Source: an uncultured Chloroflexia bacterium (GTDB taxonomy: Bacteria; Chloroflexota; Anaerolineae; B4-G1; SLSP01). Taken from it: 64,000 nucleotides of DNA. This document shows, in pieces, positions 20,156-30,846 of the stretch. Each line of letters starts with the position of its first letter. The stretch's first letter is position 1. Both the position numbers and the translations under genes were made by a program. Under the pieces are notes generated by a model. The model was not told where the DNA came from and ran no database searches. It was given only the letters and a program-made list of their open reading frames with translations. The stretch is taken from the NCBI GenBank assembly GCA_963751345.1, contig CAVVUS010000049.1, forward strand, positions 1-64,000. Direction: 5' to 3'.

Positions 20156-22277
20156 TCACTCCGCACGCCAGCTCTCCGGCCCCATCGCCTCGACACCGTC
20201 GACGACGACGTGACCGATGCCCTTACTGCCGCCGATGACGTCGCGCGAGAAGTTGGCGACGACACGCGTACCATCGGCGAAGGCACTTTCCTGTACGTAG
20301 CCATTCTCAGAAAGGAAGCGGAAGTCCACCATCTCCTGTCTGCCGATGCGCCGGTGGAGCTTGGCCACGGGCAGCGCCTCACGCAGCGCGATCTGTACTT
20401 CGGGATCGCCGAACCGATAGCGATACAGGAACGTCTGGGTCCCTCGGCCCGTCCAGCCGTACTGCGCACCAAAGGGGAAGACGTCGGGCGGACAGCCCAT
20501 CAGCGCGTCAAGGCTCGCCATCAGCCGCGGTCGTCCTCCGCCGTACTCGAAGAAGGGGGCGACCATCTGCGTGCGGCCGAACCACGGGCTGTTGTAGTTG
20601 TGGACTTCCCACCACGAATGGATCATGCTGTCGTGGTAGACGAGCATCGTGAGTGGCACCGGCCAGAAGGGCCACGGCCCGTACTGCGGCCACGCCTTGA
20701 CCGACCCAAGATCGTATTCCATGCTGTAGGCGTCGTTGAAGTTCTCCGAACTGACGGCCAGACCGGCGGCCTGGTCCGTCAGGAAGGTGCGGCGGATGGA
20801 TTCGCGATCCTCGCTCCGCGAGAGGGGACGGCCCGGGTGGCCGGCGTGCTGGGTCGCGTAGCACTCGGCCACCGGTGCGCAGGCCAGGACGTCGAAGTGG
20901 TCCCAGGTCATGTCTGTCATTGCAGGAGATCTTTGGGGTTTCCGGCCCGAGCAGACTCGGGCTTGCCCCCAAGGTCTCCCGCGGTCGGCGAGTTCGGCTT
21001 GTTGGTGCTCCGGCACGACCGAGCTGCAGACCGGGTGCCATCGTTGGGCGTCGATCGCCCAACCCTGGAGCGGCTCGCCGTCCTCGCCATGCCGGAAGGT
21101 GGACCGAATACGATCGGTGCCGTCGTCCATCGCCTCGTTGAGCCAACTCCACGGTGCCACGTCATAGCCCAACGCCTTGATCGCGGCAACCTGCACCGCG
21201 TCGAGGTCGATGGCCGGTCGCCCGCCCATGACGATGGTTGGGTTGAAGGCATTGAACCGTACCGGGTAGACGAGGGCGCGATCGAAGCCGTACGCTTTGA
21301 GCTTGGCGCATTCCGCGGCGTAGTCGAGATCATCCTGGCAATAGCCGACAAAGGTCATCAGCGCGCCGAAGAGACGTTCGAGACCGGGCCGGGCTGCGAG
21401 TTTCTCCTCCCACGAGATGAAGCGTCCGCGCTCTTTCACCCTCGCACGGTAACACTTGGCGACCGCGACGATGTCGGGCTCGGTCACGTAGAGCCGGACC
21501 GCGCGCTCGTAGCGCAGCGTCCCCAGCGAGTCGATCTGAATGGGCGTGGCCCAGATCCTGCCCCCAGCCAGGCCTGGGGCCGCATCCTCTTTGCCGAATC
21601 CACCATCGCAGATCGTCCCGGGTCTCGGCCGTGACCAGCAGCCCGCCCCGCTCCCCAAGGGCACCAACAAAGGCCATCGAGAAGCCGAAGTGGGAGCCCT
21701 CCGCCCTGATCATGTCGAACGCGGGCCCGCGACCATCCCACAGCATGCCCTGCATGATGGGGAGGAGCAGCTTGACGTGAGCCCGTCTCCGGTGCAAAGC
21801 CGCCCGGCAGGGATACCGCCCGGACGCAGTGCTCCTCCATTGGCTACTTGGACCGCGGGCGTCTCGCCTGCTCTGGCGACGGGGATGCTGTGCGCAGACG
21901 GTTGGCGCCTCGTCCGTGGAAGCGTTCATGCACGCTCCGGAGCGGGCGAGACGCCCGCGGTCCGAGAGGAGGTGCATCCTGGCTATCGCACAGCCTCGAG
22001 TCGACCCGCGCCTCGACGTACGCCCTCGCCGAGGGTGTACACGACCCGCAGCGGCAGCGTCCCCGCCACGTACGTGAGCGCGATCGCCCCGTTCCCCACA
22101 GCTTCGGCTCCCACGCACCGCAGCGGCTGCCGGTCCGCGAGGTCGTGGTTGTCGGCCCAGACCAGCGTCCGCTCGTCCAGCACCCACCGCATCTTCCGCC
22201 GGATGTCGACCAGCGTCAGGCCGTGGCCCGAATGCGTCGCAGAACACCGCGACCGTATCGTTATGTATCTCAACCAT
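20156..22277 (-). CDS. Putative glycoside hydrolase (DUF5696/GH129-like), frameshifted, with two repeat insertions
   Basis: LLLPIMQGML, VAKCYRARVKERG.F.SWEEKL, VPLTMLVYHDS, VQESAFADGTRVVANF; family assignment is by recalled similarity only. Confidence 0.55.
20925..20979. repeat. Intragenic in-frame REP (AGACCTTTGGGG family) with nested hairpin
   Basis: GGAGATCTTTGGGGTTTCC-gg-CCCGAGcagaCTCGGG-...-CCCCAAGGTCTCC; translated as GRPWGQARVCSGRKPQRSP. Confidence 0.7.
21849..21963. mobile_element. Second copy of the 6839 MITE-like element, inside a CDS
   Basis: Arms TGGACCGCGGGCGTCTCGCC / GGCGAGACGCCCGCGGTCC plus shared internal GCTCTGGC...CTGTGCGCAGAC in reverse orientation. Confidence 0.75.
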
Positions 22278-22365
22278 CACCACGGAACCCCGTTCGGCGT
22301 CCGCTCTCCTCCGTGCTTGCCTTCTCTCTGATTCTTGATTCTGTATTCCTCATTCTGCATTTCCA

Positions 22366-23537
22366 TCACGCCACCCGGTACCGCGCCACCATCGTCCTCA
22401 TCGACCTCGACGCCGAGGCCAGGGCCGTTCGGTACGGCGATCAGGCCGTCGTGCATCTCGATGGGCGGCGTGCAGAGGTGGGTCAGGATCGAGGCGGTCG
22501 AGACGTTGTACTCCAGATAGAGCGCATTCATCAGGTAGGCGTTCAGATGCAGCGAGGTCGCTTTGAGCAGGTCGGTCAGCCACGCGTGCGGGGCGCAGTC
22601 TATCTGCAGCCGCGTGGCCATGTCCGCGATCTGGCGGCCAATGGTCAGCCCCCCGCATCGGCTGAGGTCGGGCTGCAACACGTCGATGTGGCCTCGGTGC
22701 GCCAGTGCCTCGAACTCCGTGACACCGGCAGCCTGCTCGCCGGCAGCGAGCCGCAGGCTGGTACATCGTTCCGCCACACGGGCATACCCCTCCACGTTCT
22801 CGGGGTGCAGGAAGTCCTCCAGCCAGACGACGTTCAGATCCTCCAGTGCCTGGACGAGAATGATCCAGTCCTTGATCGCCCTGGGCCGGAATGGCTGGTC
22901 GTACGCGACGCCATACCACCCACCGTCCACCATCAAGGCCACAGCAGGTCCTGCGGCGTCGCGGGCGGCGCGAACGAGTGCGATGTCGAGGTCTAGGTCG
23001 CGACCGAAGACGCCCCAACCGAACTTGATCGCCGTGAAGCCTGCCTCCAGGTAGCTCGTGACGGCCGCTTTCATCGCGTCCGGGGTGGGACGGAAGGTCG
23101 TCGAGGCGTAGGCCCGCACGTGGTCGCGATACTTCGCACCGAGCAGCGCCCAGACCGGCTGCTCCAGTGCCTTGCCGGCGATGTCCCACAGGGCAATGTC
23201 CGCGCCGGAGATCATCTGCATCCCGGCGCCCTGCCGCCCGTAGTAGGCGAGATAGCGCACCATCTTCTGCCAGAGCCGCTCGTGCTCCAATGGATTCTCG
23301 CCGACGAGCGCGGCACGGATCGACTCGAAGCCGATCTGTCCACCCGAAGGCGCTCCGACGATGGCTCTGCCGACGTGAGGCTGTGTCTCGACGTCGGACC
23401 AACCCACAATGCCTTCGTCGGTCGTGATCTTGATCAGTGATACGAAACGGACGCCGTGGACCTCGGTCGCTTGCGAGGGATCGGAGTAGTCCTTGCCGGT
23501 ATCGAGGACAATCGGCTTCAACGTCTGTGATCTTCAT
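22366..23537 (-). CDS. Mandelate racemase/MLE (enolase superfamily) sugar-acid dehydratase; frameshifts near both ends
   Basis: SGADIALWDIAGKA, AIKFGWG, LMVDGG, WLEDFL, AAGE, QPDLSRCGG, PGLGVE. Confidence 0.88.
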
Positions 23538-24659
23538 CTACGCTGAAGCCTCGTCGAAGGTGAAGGCGACCTTCAGCGCCCGGTCGTGCCCGTTGGCGGC
23601 GAGGTCCAGTGCCTCCTCGAAGGCGTCAAGTGCAAACGTGTGGGTCACCAGTTCCTCGAGCCCGAGTGACGCGTCGCCCAGGTTGGCGACGGCTTCATCG
23701 AGGAGATCCTCGTCGCTGCACGCGCCGACAATCTCCAGTTCCTTGAGGTGGACGCGGAAGAGGTTCACCGGCGTGTCACCCGGAAGTGCGGAAAAGATGA
23801 CGAAACGCCCCTTGGGACGGACCAGTTCGATCCCCTCGCGTACGGCCTCGGCGCTGCCTACGGCGAGGATCACGGCGTCGTAGCCCAGGGGTGGTTCCTC
23901 CTGTGGGGCGATGCCCTCGTCCGGGGGTAGGGGCGCAGCCCCGCGGCGTACGCGGGACAAGGCATGCTGCGCCCCTACAACGGCCACCAGGGCGTCGCGT
24001 AGCCGCGCCACGGGGTCGACTACCTGCCACGTGTTGACCGTCGTAGCGCCCGTGGCGAACGAGAGGCGGAAATCCTCCCAGCCCGCGATGACGACCTGTG
24101 TCATGGGAAGTGCCCGAGCAAGCCGCGCCATCAAGACGCCGAAGGGTCCGTCCCCCAGGATAAGCAGCGAGCCATCCTCCGGCAGGTTCGCCTGCGCCAG
24201 CGCCTCGAGGCAGACGCTCACCGGCTCCGCGAGGGCTCCCACGGTGAAGGGCACATCATCGGGGAGGCGCCGGGCGCGATCGGCGCGCACCGGATAGTAT
24301 TCGGCGAAGGTGCCGGGTCGATTGATCGCGAAGTGCTCCAGGTTGGTGCAGAGGTGACGCCACCCGCGGCGGCAAGCTGCGCAATGGCCGCAAGGGTGCA
24401 CGGGGTGGGTGGCGACGCGGTCGCCGACCTCAAACCCCAAGACGTCCCGGCCCAACGCTGCGATCGTGCCCGCGCCCTCGTGCCCCATCACGACCGGGAA
24501 GGCGATGCCAAAGGGATTCTCGCGGACGTCGTTCAGGTCGGAGGTGCAGATGGTCGTAGCGCCGGTCCTGATCAGGAGCTCATCATCCCTGATCTGTGGC
24601 ATCGGGAGATCGACCAGCCGAACGTCCTCGATGTCCCACAACTGCAGTGCCTTCATCAC
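23538..24659 (-). CDS. Zinc-dependent alcohol/polyol dehydrogenase
   Basis: ICTSD, GHEGAG, CGHCAACRRG...C, EPVSV, GDGPFG. Confidence 0.9.
   Translation of the reverse strand: MMKALQLWDIEDVRLVDLPMPQIRDDELLIRTGATTICTSDLNDVRENPFGIAFPVVMGHEGAGTIAALGRDVLGFEVGDRVATHPVHPCGHCAACRRGWRHLCTNLEHFAINRPGTFAEYYPVRADRARRLPDDVPFTVGALAEPVSVCLEALAQANLPEDGSLLILGDGPFGVLMARLARALPMTQVVIAGWEDFRLSFATGATTVNTWQVVDPVARLRDALVAVVGAQHALSRVRRGAAPLPPDEGIAPQEEPPLGYDAVILAVGSAEAVREGIELVRPKGRFVIFSALPGDTPVNLFRVHLKELEIVGACSDEDLLDEAVANLGDASLGLEELVTHTFALDAFEEALDLAANGHDRALKVAFTFDEASA
23927..23978. repeat. GTAG-type REP with a nested 24-bp insertion, in frame within the ADH gene
   Basis: GTAGGGGCGCAGC-[CCCGCGGCGTACGCGGGACAAGGC]-ATGCTGCGCCCCTAC. 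Confidence 0.85.
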
Positions 24660-25495
24660 TCAACTCCCAGGAGCTGCAGCGCGTCGCGCGTCAGGATGCC
24701 CTCGATGGTCTCGTCGGTGATCCGAGGCAGCCCGCTGGTGCCGGTGATGGCGTTCACGTTGCGCAGCCCCTCGATCGACTCCTGCGCCCCCGCGAAGGGG
24801 TAGTCGGTGCCGAAGAGCAGCTTGTGCGTGACGCCGTACTCCTGCGCGGTGACCAGCATATTGTAGAACTGCCACGGCCGGTAGAAGAGGGCGGAAATGT
24901 CGGCGTAGACGTGGGGATGTTTGCGGATCACGGCGAGACACTCGTCGTAGAAGGGGTGGCCCAGGTGCGCGAAGACCATCCGCAGCTCGGGATAGCGAAT
25001 TGCCACCTCGTCGAAGATCCAGGGCCGGCTCACGCCCAGGGGGGCGACCCGATTGTAGGTCGTGCCGGTGTGAAAGACAACGGGCAGCCCGTGTGTCTCA
25101 CAATAGGTGTAGATCGGATCGCATCGCGCGTCCCGTGGGTCGAACCCCGCGTAGATCGGCCCGAGCTTCAGCCCCCGCAGGTGAAGGTCTTCCACGGCGT
25201 GGATGAGGTCGTCCATATAGCCCGGCTGTGTCGGGTCGCAGCCTGCGAAGCCAACCAGCTTGTCAGGCGCCCTGGCCACGAATTCGGCAACATAGGTGTC
25301 GGGCACCCAGTAGCCTGTCAGCATGCCCTTCATCCCGAAGACGACGACGCGGTCGAAGGGCGTCATATCCTCTATGAAGGCATCGAACCGGACGGTCAGA
25401 TCCAGGGGATGACCGCGCGAGAGATCGGCCTCGCGGACCGTGGCCGGGTCGAAGTGCAGCTCCTGGCTCCAGGTGTGGGTGTGGACGTTCTGCAT
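24656..25495 (-). CDS. Amidohydrolase family 2 protein
   Basis: NVHTH, GLKLGP, VFHTG, AHLGHP, LLFGTDYP. Confidence 0.88.
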   Translation of the reverse strand: MQNVHTHTWSQELHFDPATVREADLSRGHPLDLTVRFDAFIEDMTPFDRVVVFGMKGMLTGYWVPDTYVAEFVARAPDKLVGFAGCDPTQPGYMDDLIHAVEDLHLRGLKLGPIYAGFDPRDARCDPIYTYCETHGLPVVFHTGTTYNRVAPLGVSRPWIFDEVAIRYPELRMVFAHLGHPFYDECLAVIRKHPHVYADISALFYRPWQFYNMLVTAQEYGVTHKLLFGTDYPFAGAQESIEGLRNVNAITGTSGLPRITDETIEGILTRDALQLLGVE

Positions 25496-25517
25496 AGCTC
25501 TCTCCCTCCTACGGATC

Positions 25518-26240
25518 CTACGGCAGCACGCTGTACGGCTTGAGCGCGCCGCGTCCGCGCATCGGCACGAAACCCTCGGCGTAGTCGCAGCCCACCGCCT
25601 GTCCCCAATAGCCATCGAGGCGACCGCAGAGCCGGCTGAATCCGGCGCCGATCGCCTGCTGCATCGCGGTCTCCTGGGAGCGATGGCAGGCCATCAGTGC
25701 CACCTTTTCGTCCTCGAAGGCACTCACATCGACGAAATGGCTTGCCGGGAAGACGACGGGTCCGTGGGGCGCGACCATGAAGACCGCCGGATGGGCGGAC
25801 AATGCTGAGCTTGCCGTGGGCAGGACCGGCAGGCAGGCCTGCATCGCACAGTGGCGCACCAGTGAGGTCACGGTTGTGTGATCGAGGTTGTAGTCCTCGT
25901 GGTAGTGAGTGAAGATCAGCTCCGCACTCGTGGCCCGGATTGCCTCGATGAGCTTCATCCGCACTCCGGGCGTGTCGTACAGGAACTCATCGGGCTCACG
26001 GAGGTTGAGGTAGTCGGCACCGATGCGGTCGGCAAGCTCGCGCATCTCGGCATCGCGGATGCGAGCGGCCTCGCCTGGATCGATATCGGGCTCCTGGACA
26101 AAGCCCTTGGACCCGTCGGTGAGCGTGATGAAGGCGATGGCGTCGCCGCGGGCACGGCACTTGAGCAGCGTGCCGAGGCACTGCATCTCATCGTCCTGAT
26201 GGGCCATGATGGATACGACGTGCACTGAAAAAGCCTCCAC
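25518..26240 (-). CDS. PIG-L/LmbE family deacetylase
   Basis: MAHQDDE, LTDGSKG, THYHEDYNLDH, CHRSQ, YAEGF. Confidence 0.88.
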   Translation of the reverse strand: MEAFSVHVVSIMAHQDDEMQCLGTLLKCRARGDAIAFITLTDGSKGFVQEPDIDPGEAARIRDAEMRELADRIGADYLNLREPDEFLYDTPGVRMKLIEAIRATSAELIFTHYHEDYNLDHTTVTSLVRHCAMQACLPVLPTASSALSAHPAVFMVAPHGPVVFPASHFVDVSAFEDEKVALMACHRSQETAMQQAIGAGFSRLCGRLDGYWGQAVGCDYAEGFVPMRGRGALKPYSVLP

Positions 26241-26270
26241 AGATCCGAACGCGACGCCCCAAAGTGTAGG

Positions 26271-28130
26271 CTACGTTGACGCGCGTGTCAATTCACGGTG
26301 CCCTGCGAGATAGTTGCCGATAGCTTCCGACGTAAGCAACGCGCGATCGTAGACGCGGACGGACAAGACCTCGCCGTCAAGTGACGGGCCGATGCCGAGC
26401 ATCTCGTCCCCGGAGACGCTGCGGAGGTTCGGGCTGAAGCGACCCCAGCCGAACTGGCGAGACGCGCCGCCGTCGTTCAGCATTCCATCGACGACAAAGG
26501 TGATGATCTTGGGGCCGCCATCCACGATGACGACAAGGTGGTGTAGTTTGCCGATCTGCAGCACCTCCGGATCGCAGTCCCAGCGATTCTCGGTGCGACC
26601 ATCGTTGAGAATGATCTCAAGTGTGCCCCGTGACGTGGTCTGCAGACAGAAGCCCTGGCCTGCGTGTGTCCGGTTGTCGAGTACCATCTGACCTGGTGCC
26701 AGCGAGTTCAGGCGCAGCCAAACGTCTAGGCTGAAGCCTTGGCGGAGATCCTTCGTGCCGTAGTCTGACCGGTTGGCGTCCCGCGCCAGGAATTGCGGCA
26801 TCTCGAGCATGAGAAGGTCCGGGAGGCTCGCAGGCCAGTCGAGGATCACGCCGTCGCGCGCGACCTCGGCGCCCTCTCCCTGGCGCCACAGTGCCTCCAG
26901 CAGGCGCGGCGCGATCTCGTGGACCCGCGCGATGTCTTTCTGTGTCTCCGTCAGATAGATGCGGCCATGTTCCTCGATCAGATCGGGGTAGCTCATCCGG
27001 ACGTAGGGATCGTCGTCGTAGAGGCAGATCTCGGGCTGAGACCAGCGGATGACTTTTCCCTCGGGCTCGTCGATCTCGACGCCGGCACAGAGCCAGACGG
27101 GATTGCGGTCCTCATAGGCGATGGTCCTCCGCTGCGGATGCTCCGAGATGAAGCGTCCGCCGTGGTTGTGGAACCAATAGAGATACCGGCCGTTCTCACA
27201 TTTCCAGACAAAGTTCGCGGCCCGGGGATGCTTCATACGCCGGCCGTCTGCATAGGTCTTGTATCTCGGTTCGCTCCAGGTATGGCCGCCATCCCGGCTG
27301 TAGGCCTCCACGGGATAGCCGTCGATCGTGCGATAGACGACGTAGAACGAGCCATCGCTAAGCACAACGTAACTCTGCTCCTCAGCCACGGGCCCGCCGC
27401 CGGGCGGGGTTCGCAGACCCTCTTCGCCGTCGGGCAGCGTCTCCCAGGTAATCTTTGTGGGGTCGGTCTCGGTGAGCAGGTTGGCGCTCTTGAGAAGCAC
27501 GCCCTCCGAGCTGGTGAAGAACCCCGTACCGAATCCCCCGACCTTGTGCAGCGAGCAGAACGCCGCGCCGTCGTGAATGAAGGGCTTGCCCACGTTCCAG
27601 AAGAACTTCAGCTCGCCGCCGTAGGGGTTCCGGCGGTCGATCGCCATCGTGCGCATCGGGACGTCGTACCGCTCGGCCGACCATGTCCGGCCGCCGTCGT
27701 CCGAGACCTTGAAGACATAGTGACCCAGCGAATCGACGCGGCGGCAGTATCCGTCCGGGAATGCGTCTCTGTCTGCGATGACCTGTCGGATGTTGTCCGT
27801 GTTGTGATTGTAGAAAACGTAGACGCGCCCGGCGGTAGGATAGCCGCTCGGAACCTTCAGCATCACGGCGTACGAGGCCTCCGGCCCCGATGCTGGTTCG
27901 ACGTCTACGGGCTGGGCCCACGTTCGACCTTGGTCCGTGCTGCGCAACGTAACAACGTGCTGTCCACCCGCACCCTCATGGCCTGCACCCGTGGTGACGA
28001 CGCAGAGCCACGCGCCATCGTCGGTCCTGACGACGTAGGGTTGGTCACTGTAGCTTTCGGTGGGAATCGTCCATCCGCTGCGGATATTGCGCCAGTCCCG
28101 GTCTATGTCCATGTGTGTCTCCGGTTTCAT
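26271..28130 (-). CDS. Sialidase-like BNR beta-propeller with C-terminal LamG-like domain
   Basis: Asp-boxes STDQGRTW, SDDGGRTW, SRDGGHTW; SYPD; C-terminal HHLVVIVDG...VRVYDRAL. Confidence 0.8.
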   Translation of the reverse strand: MKPETHMDIDRDWRNIRSGWTIPTESYSDQPYVVRTDDGAWLCVVTTGAGHEGAGGQHVVTLRSTDQGRTWAQPVDVEPASGPEASYAVMLKVPSGYPTAGRVYVFYNHNTDNIRQVIADRDAFPDGYCRRVDSLGHYVFKVSDDGGRTWSAERYDVPMRTMAIDRRNPYGGELKFFWNVGKPFIHDGAAFCSLHKVGGFGTGFFTSSEGVLLKSANLLTETDPTKITWETLPDGEEGLRTPPGGGPVAEEQSYVVLSDGSFYVVYRTIDGYPVEAYSRDGGHTWSEPRYKTYADGRRMKHPRAANFVWKCENGRYLYWFHNHGGRFISEHPQRRTIAYEDRNPVWLCAGVEIDEPEGKVIRWSQPEICLYDDDPYVRMSYPDLIEEHGRIYLTETQKDIARVHEIAPRLLEALWRQGEGAEVARDGVILDWPASLPDLLMLEMPQFLARDANRSDYGTKDLRQGFSLDVWLRLNSLAPGQMVLDNRTHAGQGFCLQTTSRGTLEIILNDGRTENRWDCDPEVLQIGKLHHLVVIVDGGPKIITFVVDGMLNDGGASRQFGWGRFSPNLRSVSGDEMLGIGPSLDGEVLSVRVYDRALLTSEAIGNYLAGHRELTRAST

Positions 28131-28205
28131 TCGATTCCGCGTGTCCCAGTAACGAGATGATCATAGGGGCCGGCTCCTCTTCTGTCAATGATCGTGAATT
28201 GGGTC

Positions 28206-28234
28206 TTGACAAGCCAGGCCATCTTGCCTATGAT
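28206..28234 (+). promoter_or_regulatory. Sigma70-type promoter of the LacI gene
   Basis: TTGACA (28206)-17 bp-TATGAT (28229). Confidence 0.8.
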
Positions 28235-28264
28235 GGAATCGATTCCATATGGAATCGATTCCAG
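28233..28264. promoter_or_regulatory. Tandem LacI-type operators
   Basis: ATGGAATCGATTCCAT immediately followed by ATGGAATCGATTCCAG; palindromes with central CG, typical of LacI-family sites; overlaps the -10 and start region. Confidence 0.85.
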
Positions 28265-28279
28265 ATGGGTAATGATGTT

Positions 28280-29311
28280 ATGTCTACGATCTACGATGTT
28301 GCCGAACGTGCCGGCGTAGCGCCGGTCACCGTCTCCCGTGTCATTAACGGGTCCGGCTACGTCAGCGATGAGACGCGCCTGCGCGTCGAGACGGCAATCG
28401 TGGATCTGGGATACCGGCCCAATCGGCTGGCCCAGGGGCTGCGCTCCAAGCAGACGGAGACCATCGCGCTGGTCGTCACCGACATCACGAATCCGTTCTG
28501 GACTACGGTCGCGCGTGGTGCTGAAGACGCGGCCAGCCAGGCAGGGTTCAGCCTGATCCTCTGCAACACCGACGAGTCAGAGGCGAAACAGGATCACTAT
28601 GTGCATCTCCTGCTGCAGAAGCAGGTCGATGGGTTCTTGCTTGTGCCGGCGTCCATCACATCTGACAGCAACGATGTAGCCTCCATTCGCGAGATCCAGC
28701 GGCGAGGGGTGCCGGTCGTGCTGATTGATCGGAAGCTGCCGATCCCTGTGGACTGTGTGCGGTGTGACTCTGAGGCGGGAGCACACGACCTGGTGATGCA
28801 CTTGATCGAGCGCGGGTAAACGCGGATAGCAGCGCTCAGTGGCTCTCGCGAGGTCTCGACCGCGAGGGATCGTGTCAATGGCTACCGGCGTGCCTTAGCG
28901 GAAGCCGGCATTGACGTCGATGACGCGTTGGTCTTCAACCGGGCATTTACGCAGGACGCCGGATATGCCATGGCGACCGCAGCTTTGGCGACGGTGCCGA
29001 GACCTACAGCCCTTTTTGCCGTGAACAATTTCATCGCCATCGGCGCACTCCGCGCGGTGCGCGATGCGGGCCTGCGGGTGCCCGAAGATATCGCGCTGGT
29101 GGGCTTTGACGATCTGCCACCCTCGCTGGTCGTTGAGGCCTATCTGACGGTTGTCTCTCAACCCGCCTACGAGATGGGGGAAAGGGCAACCCAGTTGCTT
29201 CTGGATCGCCTGTCGGGGGTCTTGGATGCCGAGCCTCGGGAGATCATTCTCCCGACCGAGCTGATCGTGCGACGTTCAAGTGATCCTGGCAAAAGTGAGA
29301 TGGTAGTGTAA
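28280..29311 (+). CDS. LacI family transcriptional regulator, interrupted by an in-frame TAA at 28817
   Basis: TIYDVAERAGVAPVTVSRVIN HTH, LGYRPN; frame continues after TAA (TRIAALSG...PTALFAVNN...VPEDIALVGFDD). Confidence 0.88.
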
Positions 29312-29349
29312 GGTACTCGAAACAGACTGGAAGGAGAAGGGACAACGCC

Positions 29350-30750
29350 ATGGAGACATACGAGGATAACTGGGGATCGTTGAGTTCGTACACGGTTCCG
29401 GAGTGGTTCAAGGACGCCAAACTCGGTATCTTCATCCACTGGGGGGTCTACTCCGTACCCGCGTTTGGTAACGAATGGTACCCGAACCACATGTACATTG
29501 AAGGGAGCCGCGAGTTCATGCACCATCGGGAGACGTGGGGGCCCCAGCGCACGTTTGGCTACAAGGACTTCATCCCGATGTTCAGAGCCGAGCGTTGGGA
29601 TCCTCAGGCATGGGTAGCACTGTTCAAGGACGCCGGCGCGCGCTACGTGGTGCCCGTTGCCGAGCATCACGATGGCTTCCCGATGTATGACTGCTCATTC
29701 ACGGACTACAACGCGGCGAAGATGGGGCCTCAGCGCGATATCGTCGCGGAGCTTGAGATGGCCACACGTGCTGCCGGGCTCAAGTTCGGGGTTTCATCGC
29801 ACCGCGCCCACAACGCCCGCTACTACACTTTCGCCGATCACTTCGATACCAGCGACCCCGACTATCACAAGCTCTACGGCGTGCCGCGGAAGGCTGAGGA
29901 GCCCGTGAGCTACGAGTTTGTGCTCGACTGGTACGCGCGGACTCGCGAGCTCGTGGACAAGTTCTCGCCCGATGTCCTCTGGTTTGACTTCGGCTGGCAC
30001 CGAGATGAGTTCGAGCCGTGGCGGCCCCGTGTCGCTGCGTACTACTACAATCACGCGCTTGCCCACGGCTACGAGCCGGTCTTGCAGTACAAGGCGAAGT
30101 TCCCGGATGACGTCGCCGTCCTGGACATAGAGCGCGGGAAGCTGGACAGCATCCGCGAACACTATTGGCAGACGGATACGTCGGTCAGCTACAAGTCGTG
30201 GTGCTATATCGAGAACGATGAGTTCAGGACCACGACATCGCTGGTGCACGATCTGGTCGACATCGTCAGCAAGAACGGCAATCTTCTGCTAAACATTGGA
30301 CCAAAGCCCGATGGCACGCTGCCCCAGGAGGTCGAGGATCTCCTGCGAGGTCTGGGTGCCTGGCTGAAGATCAACGGAGACGCGATCTATGGCACGCGCC
30401 CCTGGCAGATCTATGGTGAGGGTCCCACGGGCGTGCCGAAGGCCTTTCGCGAGCGCGACCAGGAGGCGTTCACCGCTGCTGATGTCCGGTATACCACCAA
30501 GGGCAGGGCGCTCTACGCGATCCTGATGGGTTGGCCCGGAACCGAGGCGACCCTGACATCGCTGTCTGAGGGAGGTATTGTCGGGGAGAGGCATATCGAA
30601 AGCGTGGAGATGCTGGGGACCGATGAAGCGGTGCCCTGGGGGCACACGCCGGAGGGACTGACGGTTGAGCTCCCCACGGACCCGCCCTGTGATCACGCTT
30701 ATGTGCTCAAGATCGTGCTCAAGAGCGCGCATTTTCACGGGTCACGGTAG
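29350..30750 (+). CDS. Alpha-L-fucosidase, GH29
   Basis: WFKDAKLGIFIHWGVYSVP, AEHHDGF, LWFD, VSKNGNLLLNIGP, AIYGTRPW. Confidence 0.92.
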   Translation: METYEDNWGSLSSYTVPEWFKDAKLGIFIHWGVYSVPAFGNEWYPNHMYIEGSREFMHHRETWGPQRTFGYKDFIPMFRAERWDPQAWVALFKDAGARYVVPVAEHHDGFPMYDCSFTDYNAAKMGPQRDIVAELEMATRAAGLKFGVSSHRAHNARYYTFADHFDTSDPDYHKLYGVPRKAEEPVSYEFVLDWYARTRELVDKFSPDVLWFDFGWHRDEFEPWRPRVAAYYYNHALAHGYEPVLQYKAKFPDDVAVLDIERGKLDSIREHYWQTDTSVSYKSWCYIENDEFRTTTSLVHDLVDIVSKNGNLLLNIGPKPDGTLPQEVEDLLRGLGAWLKINGDAIYGTRPWQIYGEGPTGVPKAFRERDQEAFTAADVRYTTKGRALYAILMGWPGTEATLTSLSEGGIVGERHIESVEMLGTDEAVPWGHTPEGLTVELPTDPPCDHAYVLKIVLKSAHFHGSR

Positions 30751-30846
30751 GCCTTACATCTGACCTTGCGGGGGCAGACCCGAATCTTCGCAAGGTCTCT
30801 CAAACGGCCCTTAGTTCATTCATAGTACAGACGAGGTGAGACCAGT

